Positions 30,595-41,071 of a DNA stretch of 64,000 bases are shown here, piece after piece; position 1 is the stretch's first letter; every line of letters begins with the position of its first letter. The notes under the pieces were generated by a model. It searched no databases. It had not been told where the DNA came from and worked only from the letters and a program-made list of their open reading frames with translations. Origin of the DNA: Schizochytrium sp. TIO01 (taxonomy: Eukaryota > Protista > Bigyra: Labyrinthulomycetes); assembly GCA_004764695.1 (NCBI GenBank), contig SMSO01000004.1, forward strand, positions 558,001 through 622,000, in the 5' to 3' direction. Position numbers and translations under genes: made by a program.

Positions 30595-32811
30595 ATGTCA
30601 TCCTGTGGTTGCAGCTGCAGTGGCCTTGCCGAAGTTGGCAAGGGCCCTATTCACGTCCGCGAGGTTGCTTACCCAAAGTACGATGAAGCAGAGGCCAAAG
30701 CTTACTGCGAGCGTTTCCCTGAGGCTCCTGAAGACCTTGCCATTCGTTGTTACACTAGCAACCTCATCGGTCGTGAGGCGTCCTTGGTACTCCATGGAGG
30801 TGGCAACACTAGTGTCAAGCTCCAGGGCAAGACCCGCGTTGGCGACGATGTCGACGTTCTCTGCGTGAAGGGAAGTGGATACAATCTTGATACGATTATC
30901 CCCAAGGGCTTTCCCCAGGTGGATCTTGCTCACCTTCGCAAGTTGCTCGATTTGGATTCCATGAGCGACCCTGAGATGGTTAACGAGTTCCGTACGCACA
31001 TGCTCGATGCCTCTTCTCCCAACCCTTCCGTCGAGACTCTTCTTCATGCTCTTCTCCCTGCCCGCTTTGTGGACCACAGTCACGCCGATGCCATCGTTGC
31101 TCTTGCAGACCACTCCATCGAAGAGGCTTACAAGCTCTTTGAGGAGGCTTTCGGTGGCGAGCTCAAGTTCGCCATCGTGCCCTATCACATCCCTGGATTT
31201 CCTCTCGCTGGTGCTGCTCGCAAGGTGCTTCAGGAGGCTGGAGATGACCTTGACTGTCTCATTCTGCTCAAGCACGGCCTCTTTACCTGGGGTGACGAGG
31301 CCAAACAGTCCTACGAGAAGCACATTAAGGCTGTCAGCCTCGCCGAGAAATATCTCGTTTCCCGCGAGCACACGCCTTTGACCCTTCACCCTCGTGTTGA
31401 GCCTTCGTCTTCCTTCTTCGACCGTGCCACCAGCATTCTGCGTGGTCTCTTCACGGAGTTCTCCGAGGACAAGGGCTCTTGGATCGTCGCTTACAACGAC
31501 TCTCCCGAGATGGCTGCCTTTGCACAGTCCGAGGAGTGCGAGAAGCTCTCCCAAATCGGCTGCATTACTCCGGATCATGTAATCCGTACTAAGCAACTCC
31601 CTCTTGTCATCCGCGGTCTCACTCAGGACAGGTTCTACACGGGTGAGGAGGACCCTGCTGGTGTCGCTGAAACCCCTAACGGCGACGCTGCTCTCCGCGA
31701 GTACCTTCGCGAGCAGATCCAGGGCTACATCGATCGCTACCACTCTTACTTTACCTCAAACAACGAGCGTGTCGGTGGCATCAAACGTGAGCTCGACCCG
31801 CTCCCTCGCGTACTTCTTGTGGAGCACTTTGGACTCTTCACCGTCGCTCGCGATGCGAAGTCCTGCTCCATTGCCGCGGACATCTACCAGCACACAGTGC
31901 CAACCCTCATCTCAAGCACGGAGTCTTGCGGCAAGTTTGAGCCTGTGGACACTGAGGAGATCTTCGATGTAGAGTACTGGTCCCTGGAGCAGGCCAAGCT
32001 CAAGCTTGGTGCCAAGGCAGGAGGCGCTCTCGAGGGCAAGGTCGCTCTTATCACTGGCGGCGGATCTGGTATTGGTCTGCAGACCGCTATCGAGTACGCC
32101 AAGGCTGGGGCATGCGTTTTCATCGTGGACCTTCTTGAGGAGCGTGTCCGTGAGGGTGTTGCTGCTGTCATCCAGGCCTGCAAGAACAAGTTTGTGGTCG
32201 CTGGCGCCATGGCAGATGTGAGCGACCCCGAGCAGGTGGAGGAAGCATTCCATCAGCTCTGCGTGGTCTTTGGCGGTGTCGATATTGTGGTCTCTAACGC
32301 CGGAGTTGTGGTGCAGGCTGCCCCGGGCATTGCCAGTGTGGACCACGCGTCTCTTCGCAAGTCCATGGATATTAACTTCTACGGCCACCAGTGGGTTTCG
32401 AGTGCCGGTGTCCGCCGCATGGTCGCTCAGGGTCTTGGTGGCGCTCTCCTTTACAACATTTCGAAGGCTCCGCTTAACCCTGGCCCTAAGCTTGGCCCTT
32501 ACTGCGTTGCCAAGGCAGCAGCTCTCGGTCTCATGCGCCAGTACTGTGTTGAGTACGGTGAGCGAGGCATTCGCGCTAATGCTGTCAACGCTGATCGCGT
32601 GCGTACTAACTTGTTTGATCTTTCTCTTGTCGAGAAGCGTGCTCAAGCTCGTGGCCTTACCGCTGACCAGTACTTTAAATCCAACTTGCTTCAACGTGAG
32701 GTCACTGCTGACGATGTTGCCGCTGCCTTCCTCTCGCTCGCCGTTGCACAGAGCACTACAGGATCGATCTTCACTGTAGATGGTGGCAACATCGCCGCTG
32801 CTCCTCGTTAA
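30595..32811 (+). CDS. rhaEW: Bifunctional class II aldolase (rhamnulose-1-phosphate aldolase-like) / short-chain dehydrogenase, RhaEW/YuxG type
   Basis: Aldolase part: LVLHGGGNTSVK, VKGSG, PSVETLLH, DHSHAD, LLKHGLFTWG, TPDHVIRTK, FDVEYWSLEQAKL. SDR part: ITGGGSGIG, VSNAG, YCVAK, IRANAVNAD, VDGGNIAAAPR. Intronless, with strong codon bias. Confidence 0.9.
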   Translation: MSSCGCSCSGLAEVGKGPIHVREVAYPKYDEAEAKAYCERFPEAPEDLAIRCYTSNLIGREASLVLHGGGNTSVKLQGKTRVGDDVDVLCVKGSGYNLDTIIPKGFPQVDLAHLRKLLDLDSMSDPEMVNEFRTHMLDASSPNPSVETLLHALLPARFVDHSHADAIVALADHSIEEAYKLFEEAFGGELKFAIVPYHIPGFPLAGAARKVLQEAGDDLDCLILLKHGLFTWGDEAKQSYEKHIKAVSLAEKYLVSREHTPLTLHPRVEPSSSFFDRATSILRGLFTEFSEDKGSWIVAYNDSPEMAAFAQSEECEKLSQIGCITPDHVIRTKQLPLVIRGLTQDRFYTGEEDPAGVAETPNGDAALREYLREQIQGYIDRYHSYFTSNNERVGGIKRELDPLPRVLLVEHFGLFTVARDAKSCSIAADIYQHTVPTLISSTESCGKFEPVDTEEIFDVEYWSLEQAKLKLGAKAGGALEGKVALITGGGSGIGLQTAIEYAKAGACVFIVDLLEERVREGVAAVIQACKNKFVVAGAMADVSDPEQVEEAFHQLCVVFGGVDIVVSNAGVVVQAAPGIASVDHASLRKSMDINFYGHQWVSSAGVRRMVAQGLGGALLYNISKAPLNPGPKLGPYCVAKAAALGLMRQYCVEYGERGIRANAVNADRVRTNLFDLSLVEKRAQARGLTADQYFKSNLLQREVTADDVAAAFLSLAVAQSTTGSIFTVDGGNIAAAPR

Positions 32812-33881
32812 ATGAGTGAGAGCAAAACATAGTAGGTCTACTTTCTTCGTTCAACCTCTTGCAAGTCTCACCAGTGTCTTTCATATTGTAGGCCAATTCC
32901 AATCGCATGCCAATTTCCATATATTACATGCAGGCTGTGTGTGGAGACTGGTAGTCTTAATTGTGAAGTTCTTCAAACTACATGCCTATTCAAACCCGCG
33001 TAGAGCAGGATTTTTGCGGGACTAGAATTTATTCATATAAAAAATTATAAAGAGAATGGAAATATCAAAACCAACTAATGAATGCACTCGTAGCTTCCGG
33101 GCATGTGGTTCTGATTTTTCTTCGGAGCTTGAACATTGTTTCTTGCTAGTAGGAAGAAACCGATTTTCCTGGGATCTGTCTTGCCGTACAAGGATTAGAT
33201 AGCAAACAAAGCCAACTACCAGCAAATAAGCTCGGTGTTTAAGGGGGGGGGGCTACATAGAAAAACACAAACATGGTTTTACAACAAATTTATGCATTGT
33301 TGTATAACAATTATAAACAGAGTCTTATCAAGAATAATGTATCTTCCTAATCAGTTTTATAAGCTTCTTCACGATTCATGGTTCTTCAGAAGGTAGTGCC
33401 TAATGTTGCAAGTTCTAAATCTCATGTTCGACCTAGGCCCCTCTATATACCAAGCTCATGCAAAGTAGAAAGCAGTTAGGTTTTTGTACTCGGGCTCAAC
33501 TGTGAATGCATTTTCCACCAGTCAAAGGGTCATCAGGGGGTTTACAGCTGTAAAGGTCTGGGATAACAGACCTCGAATATTAAAAAAATAAAATGTTAAT
33601 ATGGGAGAGAAGCAGGGTAGAAGTAAGTATCAAGGGCCTAGTAATAACTACTATTAGGATAGCAGAAGAAGACGAAAGAAGAAGGAAAGAAGAATTGAAA
33701 ACTTGCAACAGTACCTAGCTAGCTAGGTATCTAAGATAGTAGGTAGTAGGTAAGTAAGTAGCTAGCTAGTGTCTAAAAATTCGAAAAAGGAAGGATCGAT
33801 GAATCGATTGCTTCATCGTGAAGAGGCGCAGAAACCAAACGCAGAGCGAGAGAGTTGAGGAAGAGTAGCTTAAATTCAACC

Positions 33882-36245
33882 ATGTTCGAGTTGGTCTGCG
33901 AGTTATTTGGGCACCAAGGTGATATCCGAGGACTTGCTGCACTCCCAGAGGGGAAGTTTGTCTCAGGAAGTCGTGATCGAATTGCCAAGATATGGAGAGC
34001 GGTACGAGACGGACGGGGCTATGAAGAGCTTGCAGCGCTTCTCGAGCATCAGCACTGGGTGAGTGTAGTCACTCGACTCCCTGGCGATCTTGGGTTCGTG
34101 ACAGGATGTCAGGATAATAAGATAAGGTGGTATGGTCTTGACGGAAGCATTAAGGGCACTCTTACCGGTCACCACGGGCCAGTATCTTCTCTTGCATGGG
34201 ATGCTTCAAAAGAGGTCTTGGTCAGTGGAAGCTGGGATGAAACTGCTAGGATCTGGAATCTGGGTAGTGGCGAATGTCTGAATGTACTTTCTGGTCATGA
34301 AAACGGAGTTTGTGTACTGCCATTACCAAACGGTGTCATTGTCACTGGATCATCTGGTGTACAAAATAACAACCGCGTAGAAGGTTTCCAGTTGCGTTTG
34401 TGGCGGGATGGTAAAGAATTTGCATCACTTAAGGAACATCAAGGGGCAATTCGCAGTCTGTGCTTAGCCGCAGAGGATGGTTCAACTTTTGCTAGTACAT
34501 CGAATGATGGAACAGTTCGCGTATGGTCTGCTGAATCTGGAACCTTGCTAGCCACGATGAGCAACCCTATGGGCCCCGAAGGCTCCCCATCATTCAACTT
34601 TTGTGTGGCTCCTTTGAACAACTATTCTCGTTTAGTTGTAGCATGCGATGACTGCTGCGTGCGTGTATGGAATGCAGAGACGGGCGAACAAGAAGAGGAA
34701 ATCGCGCACCCATGTACTGTCTGGTGCGTAACTCAGCTCGATAACGGCGACCTTGTTACAGGTGGTTCAGATGGCGTTGTGCGCGTATTCTCTACATCTT
34801 CTGAGCGCCATGCACCTGGTGAAGTTCGGGAGGGTTACCTCAACGAAGCCTTACGGACTCGAGAGGCTATCGCCAACAAGGCATCTAATGGAGGACAAAA
34901 GATCGACCCGAACAAGCTGGCCAAGATATACGAGGCACAACCTGGAAGTAGCGATAATGAGGTGAAGATGTTCAATAAAGACGGTCAAGCCTGGGTTTAC
35001 TCTTGGTCAGCATCGTCTCAGACCTGGATTGAGGTTGGGGAAGTTATGGGAGACGCTGGTGGAGGCAAAGAGACGATTGATGGGGTGGAGTACGACCGTG
35101 TTATTCCCGTTGAAATCGAAGATCCAGCTTCTGGCGGACTTCGCAAGCTCAAGCTTGGCTTCAATAATGAGGACTCACCTTATGTTGTGGCCCAGCAGTT
35201 TGTTGCCAAATATGAGCTTTCAGAGGGCCATGTTCAAGAGATTGCTGATTTTGTCCAGAGCGTGCGTAGCCAGTCAGCCAAGACGCCTACAATTGACATG
35301 TCCGGCGGAGGTGCTGGGGCTAGTGCTCACGGAGGAGGAGGCCCATCTGGAATGGACATCGATGAGCCATCGCATTTGGCTCCAGCGCGCGACTTCCCTT
35401 TGCAGTACTCTATGGGCATGGCATTTGACTCAGGTGATCTGGACAAGATTATGAAGAAGCTTGAAGAGGTAAATAGCAACAGCTCGAGTCCAATGAGTGA
35501 CAAGGAGCTGTCTGCTGTTCACGAAGTTTGTGCGACGTTAAAGCAGACCTCAAGATACCACGCTACTACTGTAAATGCTAGCGGAGTGCGCGCAATTGTG
35601 CGCCTTTTCGATGAGTGGGATCTCAAGGAAGGTTTCGCTGTGTTGGACCTGTTGAGGCTTTTGCTAACACATCCTGATGGAAGTGTCAAGGTTGCATCAC
35701 TGAAGCGTACGGTGGATATAATGAAGCGTGCGCTACAAGTGGCGAGCCCAAGTGGATCAGAAAGCGCTGCACTTGCACCAGCACTGCTCGGGGCACGTTT
35801 GGTCGCAAATTTATTTCGTCATTCACCCACTGCTGACGCTGCTGCTCAGGCGTTAGTAGAAAGCGATTCTGCTGTGACTGTTGCGGAACCACTGCAATCA
35901 CTCACGGAGTACCCGAACAAGAATGTGCGCAACGCAGTCGCTACATGCCTTTTGAACTGCTCCAACAAGCTTGCTCATATGCCTAGCGTGCAAGCAAACA
36001 CAAGCACTCGGAAGGGCCTTTTATTGGCTGCTATTCAATCTGTTGAGGCATGCGCTCAGGAGGGGGCCCAAGAAAAGGAAAGTATACGGCGTGCATTGCT
36101 AGCCGTCGGTTGCCTTTTGGTGTTGAAGCCTGTTGTAAGCATCGAGCATGATAGGGTGACTGATGCATTAGCACCAGTGGAACCCCTTGGGTTCGCAGAA
36201 TTGTCTTCGCAAATTAAGGAGGTGCTTCGAAAGGAGCACAAGTAA
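33882..36245 (+). CDS. PLAA: Phospholipase A2-activating protein / Doa1 (Ufd3): WD40 + PFU + PUL domains
   Basis: WD40 repeats (VSGSRDRIAKIW, VSGSWDETARIW, STSNDGTVRVW). PFU region YSWS...WIEVGEV...GVEYDRVIPVEI...LKLGFN...PYVVAQQF. PUL region FAVLDLLRL, NKNVRNAVATCLLN. First ATG at 33882. Confidence 0.94.
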   Translation: MFELVCELFGHQGDIRGLAALPEGKFVSGSRDRIAKIWRAVRDGRGYEELAALLEHQHWVSVVTRLPGDLGFVTGCQDNKIRWYGLDGSIKGTLTGHHGPVSSLAWDASKEVLVSGSWDETARIWNLGSGECLNVLSGHENGVCVLPLPNGVIVTGSSGVQNNNRVEGFQLRLWRDGKEFASLKEHQGAIRSLCLAAEDGSTFASTSNDGTVRVWSAESGTLLATMSNPMGPEGSPSFNFCVAPLNNYSRLVVACDDCCVRVWNAETGEQEEEIAHPCTVWCVTQLDNGDLVTGGSDGVVRVFSTSSERHAPGEVREGYLNEALRTREAIANKASNGGQKIDPNKLAKIYEAQPGSSDNEVKMFNKDGQAWVYSWSASSQTWIEVGEVMGDAGGGKETIDGVEYDRVIPVEIEDPASGGLRKLKLGFNNEDSPYVVAQQFVAKYELSEGHVQEIADFVQSVRSQSAKTPTIDMSGGGAGASAHGGGGPSGMDIDEPSHLAPARDFPLQYSMGMAFDSGDLDKIMKKLEEVNSNSSSPMSDKELSAVHEVCATLKQTSRYHATTVNASGVRAIVRLFDEWDLKEGFAVLDLLRLLLTHPDGSVKVASLKRTVDIMKRALQVASPSGSESAALAPALLGARLVANLFRHSPTADAAAQALVESDSAVTVAEPLQSLTEYPNKNVRNAVATCLLNCSNKLAHMPSVQANTSTRKGLLLAAIQSVEACAQEGAQEKESIRRALLAVGCLLVLKPVVSIEHDRVTDALAPVEPLGFAELSSQIKEVLRKEHK

Positions 36246-37478
36246 GGTAAAAAATCTGTGGTAGTAGTGAACGTTCTCAAATCTTCTTTTTCTCAATATT
36301 CATTTTAAAGTTTGGTTGAACCTTGTAAAGATTGATTTTCTAATCGGACTTCCATTTCCTTTTCCCAATTCTTGTGTGTGTTTGTTAGAGCACCTGAGTA
36401 TATATTGATTGCCAAACCCTGGGGAAATCCGTGCCTTACTTGGAAGTTTCAAATTCACACGTTAAGCGTGAAGGCCAAATGCGTATGAAGACCAACGGGT
36501 GTGTCCTCTGTGTACCAACAAGTTTCAAATATTACTTGGAGTTAGGACCAAGGTTTATCGGAGGTTGGGAGAAGCAGAAATTCAAAAGGGATAAGGAATA
36601 AACGAGAGATCGAGTGCGATTAATCGCTATTTGTTGCTACTACATTCGGGGGAGGAACTATGCACGAATTTCTCTTTATCTTTTGCATTCATCGATCATT
36701 CCTATTCAGGTGTGAAGGGGCTTTGTACGCGTCGACATTCTCAAGTTGGGACATCAAAAACATATGTATGTATCTGCAACACTATCCACTATCAATTTTA
36801 TTTTTAAATTTGCTAGTTCATGAATGGGTTTTTCATCTACTACTATACTTATACAGGAGCTCGACAAGCCCTGGAACGCCAACCGGGAAGACTGAGGTGC
36901 TTCACAATCGCGCTCTGGGTGTGTGAGTAGGCTATCGTTGAGTTTGCATCCTTGTAGTGCAAGCGAATGCACTTCAAGAATACAAATGTGGAGAAGTTCC
37001 AATTGTCAGCATTTCGCGTGCATGCTTACGACAACAGGCGCCATCCTACCACGTTTGTGTCTTGGGAATGTTTTTAAATTTTGGAGTTGCTTTGATGTTG
37101 ACGGGTATGGAAGTGGGCTGGGGAGGTCTGACGTACACTGAGGAATTGCTTTACTTACGCCCGCACGGTCCAATTGTGGGTGCGCACGCTGAAAGGTTAG
37201 ACTTGTAGAACCTAGACCAAAGGGAGACCTTTGCTTTTACTATCTTTCGCGTTTTCTGACTCCCAATCTTTGTGTGACATTTAACCTTTTTCCCCTCACT
37301 TTTGCGCGGCCGCGATGTTTGATTTTTTTCTTTCTTTCTTTCTTTTTTTTTTCAATCCTTTTCCTACTATTTTGTTTGCTTTACTTTCACCTCACTAAGC
37401 CGTTCCTTCTGCCGATCGGGAAAGAGAGGACGATTCTGCGTGGGAAGAAATAACGCTCTGAGCAAAACGAAAACAGGA

Positions 37479-38741
37479 TTAGATGATGCGAGAGCCCATA
37501 GCAGAGGAAATAAGGGCCATACCAAGAGCGGCAGTCATCTCAGACTCGGGGCCCGGGGCAAGCTTGGGGTTGACCTCAACAAGGTCCATAGAGCCAAGCA
37601 TGCCGGTGTTGGAGACTGCCTCGGCGACGTAGTGGGCCTCGCGAAAGTTAAGACCACCACGCACGAGGGTGCCGGTGGAAGGAGCGATCTCGGGATCGAC
37701 AGCATCGATATCGTAGCTCAAGTGAAGCGGGCGGAGCTCACCGTTGGGCTTGCGCAGAGAGTCGATGGCCATTTCCATGACGTGGCCGATGCCGTAGCGG
37801 TCGACGTGGTGCATAGAGAAGGCAGTGATGTTCTTCTCACGGATGACCTTGCGCTCCTCCGAGTCAAGGTCGCGGAGACCAACGAAGACGATTTGCTCAG
37901 GGCTGAGCTTGGGCACGTCCTTGAACCACTCAAAGCCGGGGAGCAGAGTGGGGTCCATGAGTCCGAGCAGGAGTCCGAGAGGCATGCCATGCATGTTACC
38001 GCTGGGGCTGGACTCAGGAGTGTTGAGGTCTCCGTGGGCGTCGACCCAGATGATACCGGTGTCGGGGCGGGCACGAAGAATGGCCGACACGGAGCCTGCA
38101 GAGATGGAGTGGTCACCGCCGAGGATGAGTGCAAACTCCTTCTGCGAGGCCGCCTCAAAGACCTTGTCGTGGATTTTCTTGAGGCCCTTTCCTACAGTGT
38201 AGCAGTTCTTGGCGAGACCCTTGACCTTCTTGGGGTCGACGGCAGGGTCGTTGCGCGAGGGCTCGTCGAACTCGAGGTCTCCCTTGTCATCAATGCGCCA
38301 CTCCAGACTGAGAAGGTTGTCTTCGAGGCCACAGGATCTCAGGATCTGAGATCCCTGATCAGTGCCTGCGCGGGGCTGACCCCAGGACATGGGGGCGCCA
38401 ATGATGCTGGCGGTCTTGGGCACACGGAGGAAGGAGGGAATTTCAACTTCGTCACCAAGGTGGTCATAGCTTCCGTGAACGACAGCGCCACCAAGGCCCT
38501 CCTGCTCAGTGATGAAGCCCTTGCGAGCGGCCTCAGTGGAGCGCCACCTCCACATGGTGGGCTGCTTTGAGGCGAGCTTGATATCAGCGGCGGTGGGGGC
38601 CTTGTGGAGCATGGTTCTGTCGGGCACGGTTCCCGAGGCACGCCACCTTCGGCGGGCAGGAGCTGCGGCGCCGACGGCATTCTCAGTCTTGGTACGCACA
38701 CGGGCGGGAGTCAATGCACGAGCACTGCGAGCGAACTGCAT
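37479..38741 (-). CDS. ARG: Arginase with probable mitochondrial presequence
   Basis: LGGDHS, WVDAHGD, SPSGNMHGMP, HLSYDIDAVDP..APSTGT..RGG and DLVEVNP. N-terminal extension rich in Arg and Ala and poor in acidic residues. Confidence 0.95.
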   Translation of the reverse strand: MQFARSARALTPARVRTKTENAVGAAAPARRRWRASGTVPDRTMLHKAPTAADIKLASKQPTMWRWRSTEAARKGFITEQEGLGGAVVHGSYDHLGDEVEIPSFLRVPKTASIIGAPMSWGQPRAGTDQGSQILRSCGLEDNLLSLEWRIDDKGDLEFDEPSRNDPAVDPKKVKGLAKNCYTVGKGLKKIHDKVFEAASQKEFALILGGDHSISAGSVSAILRARPDTGIIWVDAHGDLNTPESSPSGNMHGMPLGLLLGLMDPTLLPGFEWFKDVPKLSPEQIVFVGLRDLDSEERKVIREKNITAFSMHHVDRYGIGHVMEMAIDSLRKPNGELRPLHLSYDIDAVDPEIAPSTGTLVRGGLNFREAHYVAEAVSNTGMLGSMDLVEVNPKLAPGPESEMTAALGMALISSAMGSRII

Positions 38742-39262
38742 GGTCTTGTGTCTGTCTTGTGTGAGAGAAGAGCGAAGGATGGAAGAGACGAAGACGGAGA
38801 GGAGTCTAAGTCTAAACTACAAAAAGAGCAAAAAGCCAAGCCTAGTCTTGAGATAAAGGTTGTGGGTTTGCTTGCTGCTGCTGCTGCTGCTGCTGCTGCT
38901 TGCTGGTTAACTAGTTTGTTAGACTGCTTGAGTGCGCGAAGGCGCGGGGGTCGAGTGTCTTGAGTTGCGGGTTTGCTCGAGATGGGTTGGCGGCACTCGG
39001 TCCGGGTGAGGTGTTGTTTCTTCTACTGTCGAAGTTGTTATTAATTTAAACACTCCTACTAGTGAGTAAGTGAGTGAGTGAGTGCGTTAGTTAGTTGGTC
39101 TGTCTGTTTATGCATTTGTTTTTAAATGAGGTCTTCTTTTTGCTTGAAGAGAGGAACTTTCATTTATAAACAAAAAAATGTTCATCAATAAGAACTACAT
39201 AGGCGCTGTTCTCCTGCTCACTAACCGTCTGACTCTTTCCTCCCTCCCTCTCTCTGTCTCTC

Positions 39263-39348
39263 TCTCTGTGTCTCTGTGTCTCTGTGTCTCTGTGTCTCTG
39301 TGTCTCTGTGTCTCTGTGTCTCTGTGTCTCTGTGTCTCTGTGTCTCTG
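39263..39348. repeat. (TCTCTGTG)n octamer tandem repeat
   Basis: About 10 tandem units inside a CT-rich tract. Confidence 0.92.
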
Positions 39349-40993
39349 TCTCTCTGTCTCTCTCACCGTGTATCACTTACTCTAACACTCCCTCTCTCTT
39401 ATCCTTGCTAAATTTGTGTTTTGGAATTAGTTTTGCGGACTTCAACAAGACATAACTAATATGTCCACTCACAGCATTTTCTAAAAATTCTACAATGATT
39501 TATCATTGTGCTGGTTTAGCTTTCTATAACCTATTAATAACAACTGAAAAGCAATACTAGAGTTAAAAATTAAATTAAATTTTCAATGAATCAATGAATC
39601 AATGAATCAATGAATCAATAAATAAATAATCAATAAATAAAAAGAGGGCCGGGAGAGACGGATGAGGAAGGGGGGTTAATACATTGAGAAAGTTGATCAA
39701 AAGAAGAAGAAGAACAAGAAAAAAGAGCGGAGAAAGAAGCACGTATGTCTATAGCTGAAGAGGAAAGAAGGGAGAAGCGAAATAAAGAAGTATTGAAAGA
39801 AAGAAAGAAAGAAAGACGGAAAGAAAGACGGAGGGTGTGAGTGAGTAAGAGAGAGATAGAGAGACGAACGAATATATGTGTAGATTAGGATTGGCTTTTT
39901 ATCAGACTTGACCTCGGCGGCAATGAGTCCGACGAGTGACCCCTAATTCATTCCAAGAGGCCTTGGATACTTACTTGTTGCCAGAGACTTCCTTTCACAT
40001 TGCTCGTATGTTACTGGTACGCTGAAGCGTTCTTTCGATTGAAGATGCACGCAAGTTTTCATGAGATCGAGAAGAAGAGAAGAAGCAGAGAGGAACCGAT
40101 GAGAGGAAGACTGCGGAGATAAAAACATATTGATTAAAGAATATTATTCAATTAAAAGAATAAAAAAAGAATCTAATATTATTTAATTAAACAAATTAAT
40201 TAAACAAATATCAAATAATAATTCGAAAGTACAAACAAAAGTCAGAAAAACAAGCAATGCTATCAATAAGCAAGTCCTGAGGCTGGAAAGCTGGGAAGGC
40301 AAAGCAAGCCAGCAACAGCGCGGAGACGGGGCATCAGATAAAGACAGCAGACAACACAAACACAGACAGAGACAGACAGATAGAGAGACGAAAGGCATCA
40401 AAGGGGCAGAAGATCAGTTCGAAGATACTACAAGTGGGCAGTGAACAGGGTTGTCAAGCCATAAAGAGGAGCCGTAAGGAAGTGAAGCCATTTAAGAAAA
40501 GAAAAAGAAAAAAAAAGAGCTCTTTCTTTCTCGAACTATCTCAATCGTCTCTGCCCATCTTCTTTTTTCTAAGCCCGTCAAGCTTGATATCTTGGTAGTG
40601 GAGAGAGGCATTGAGTCCCAAGCACGCGGAAGAAGCCATCGGTGAAGCCATTGCAAAGTCGTTGCCACTTATTGGCAGCTATGCTCTAAAAATGAGACAT
40701 CTTCACTGCCAGCCTGAGTCAGGATCATCGATCGGCCAGGATGCTGATGCTGCTGATTAAGAAAGAGAGAATGAGACTTTCACCTGTTTTCGTTTTATCA
40801 TAATGACGACTCCTGCTTTTGTCTCAGCTCAGCTTGCTTGCTATAAAAAGGAATAAAACATTTGAACAAAATTCAAAGAAAGGAAAGGAAAGAAGAAGTA
40901 TTACCCATCCCTACTAGTAGTCTAAAGAACCGGAGACCGCGTGGCAGCAGACGGTTTGGTTTGATGAGCTAGCTCTCTACCTCCCTAGCTAGC

Positions 40994-41070
<77 letters not shown>
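40994..41070. repeat. (TTAG)n microsatellite
   Basis: About 19 tandem TAGT units. Confidence 0.95.

Positions 41071-41071
<1 letters not shown>

Noticed and set aside
30598-32694. Long antisense ORFs (381 aa and 260 aa) opposite the aldolase/SDR gene
   Set aside because: Shadow ORFs in the same codon register, caused by strong codon bias (few TTA/CTA/TCA codons). No motifs.
37440-38570. 376-aa plus-strand ORF opposite arginase
   Set aside because: Antisense shadow of a codon-biased gene, with a GTG start and no recognisable domain.
40994-41070. (TTAG)n as a telomere or interstitial telomeric repeat
   Set aside because: The unit lacks the GG/GGG run of typical telomeric repeats and sits among other tetranucleotide microsatellites.
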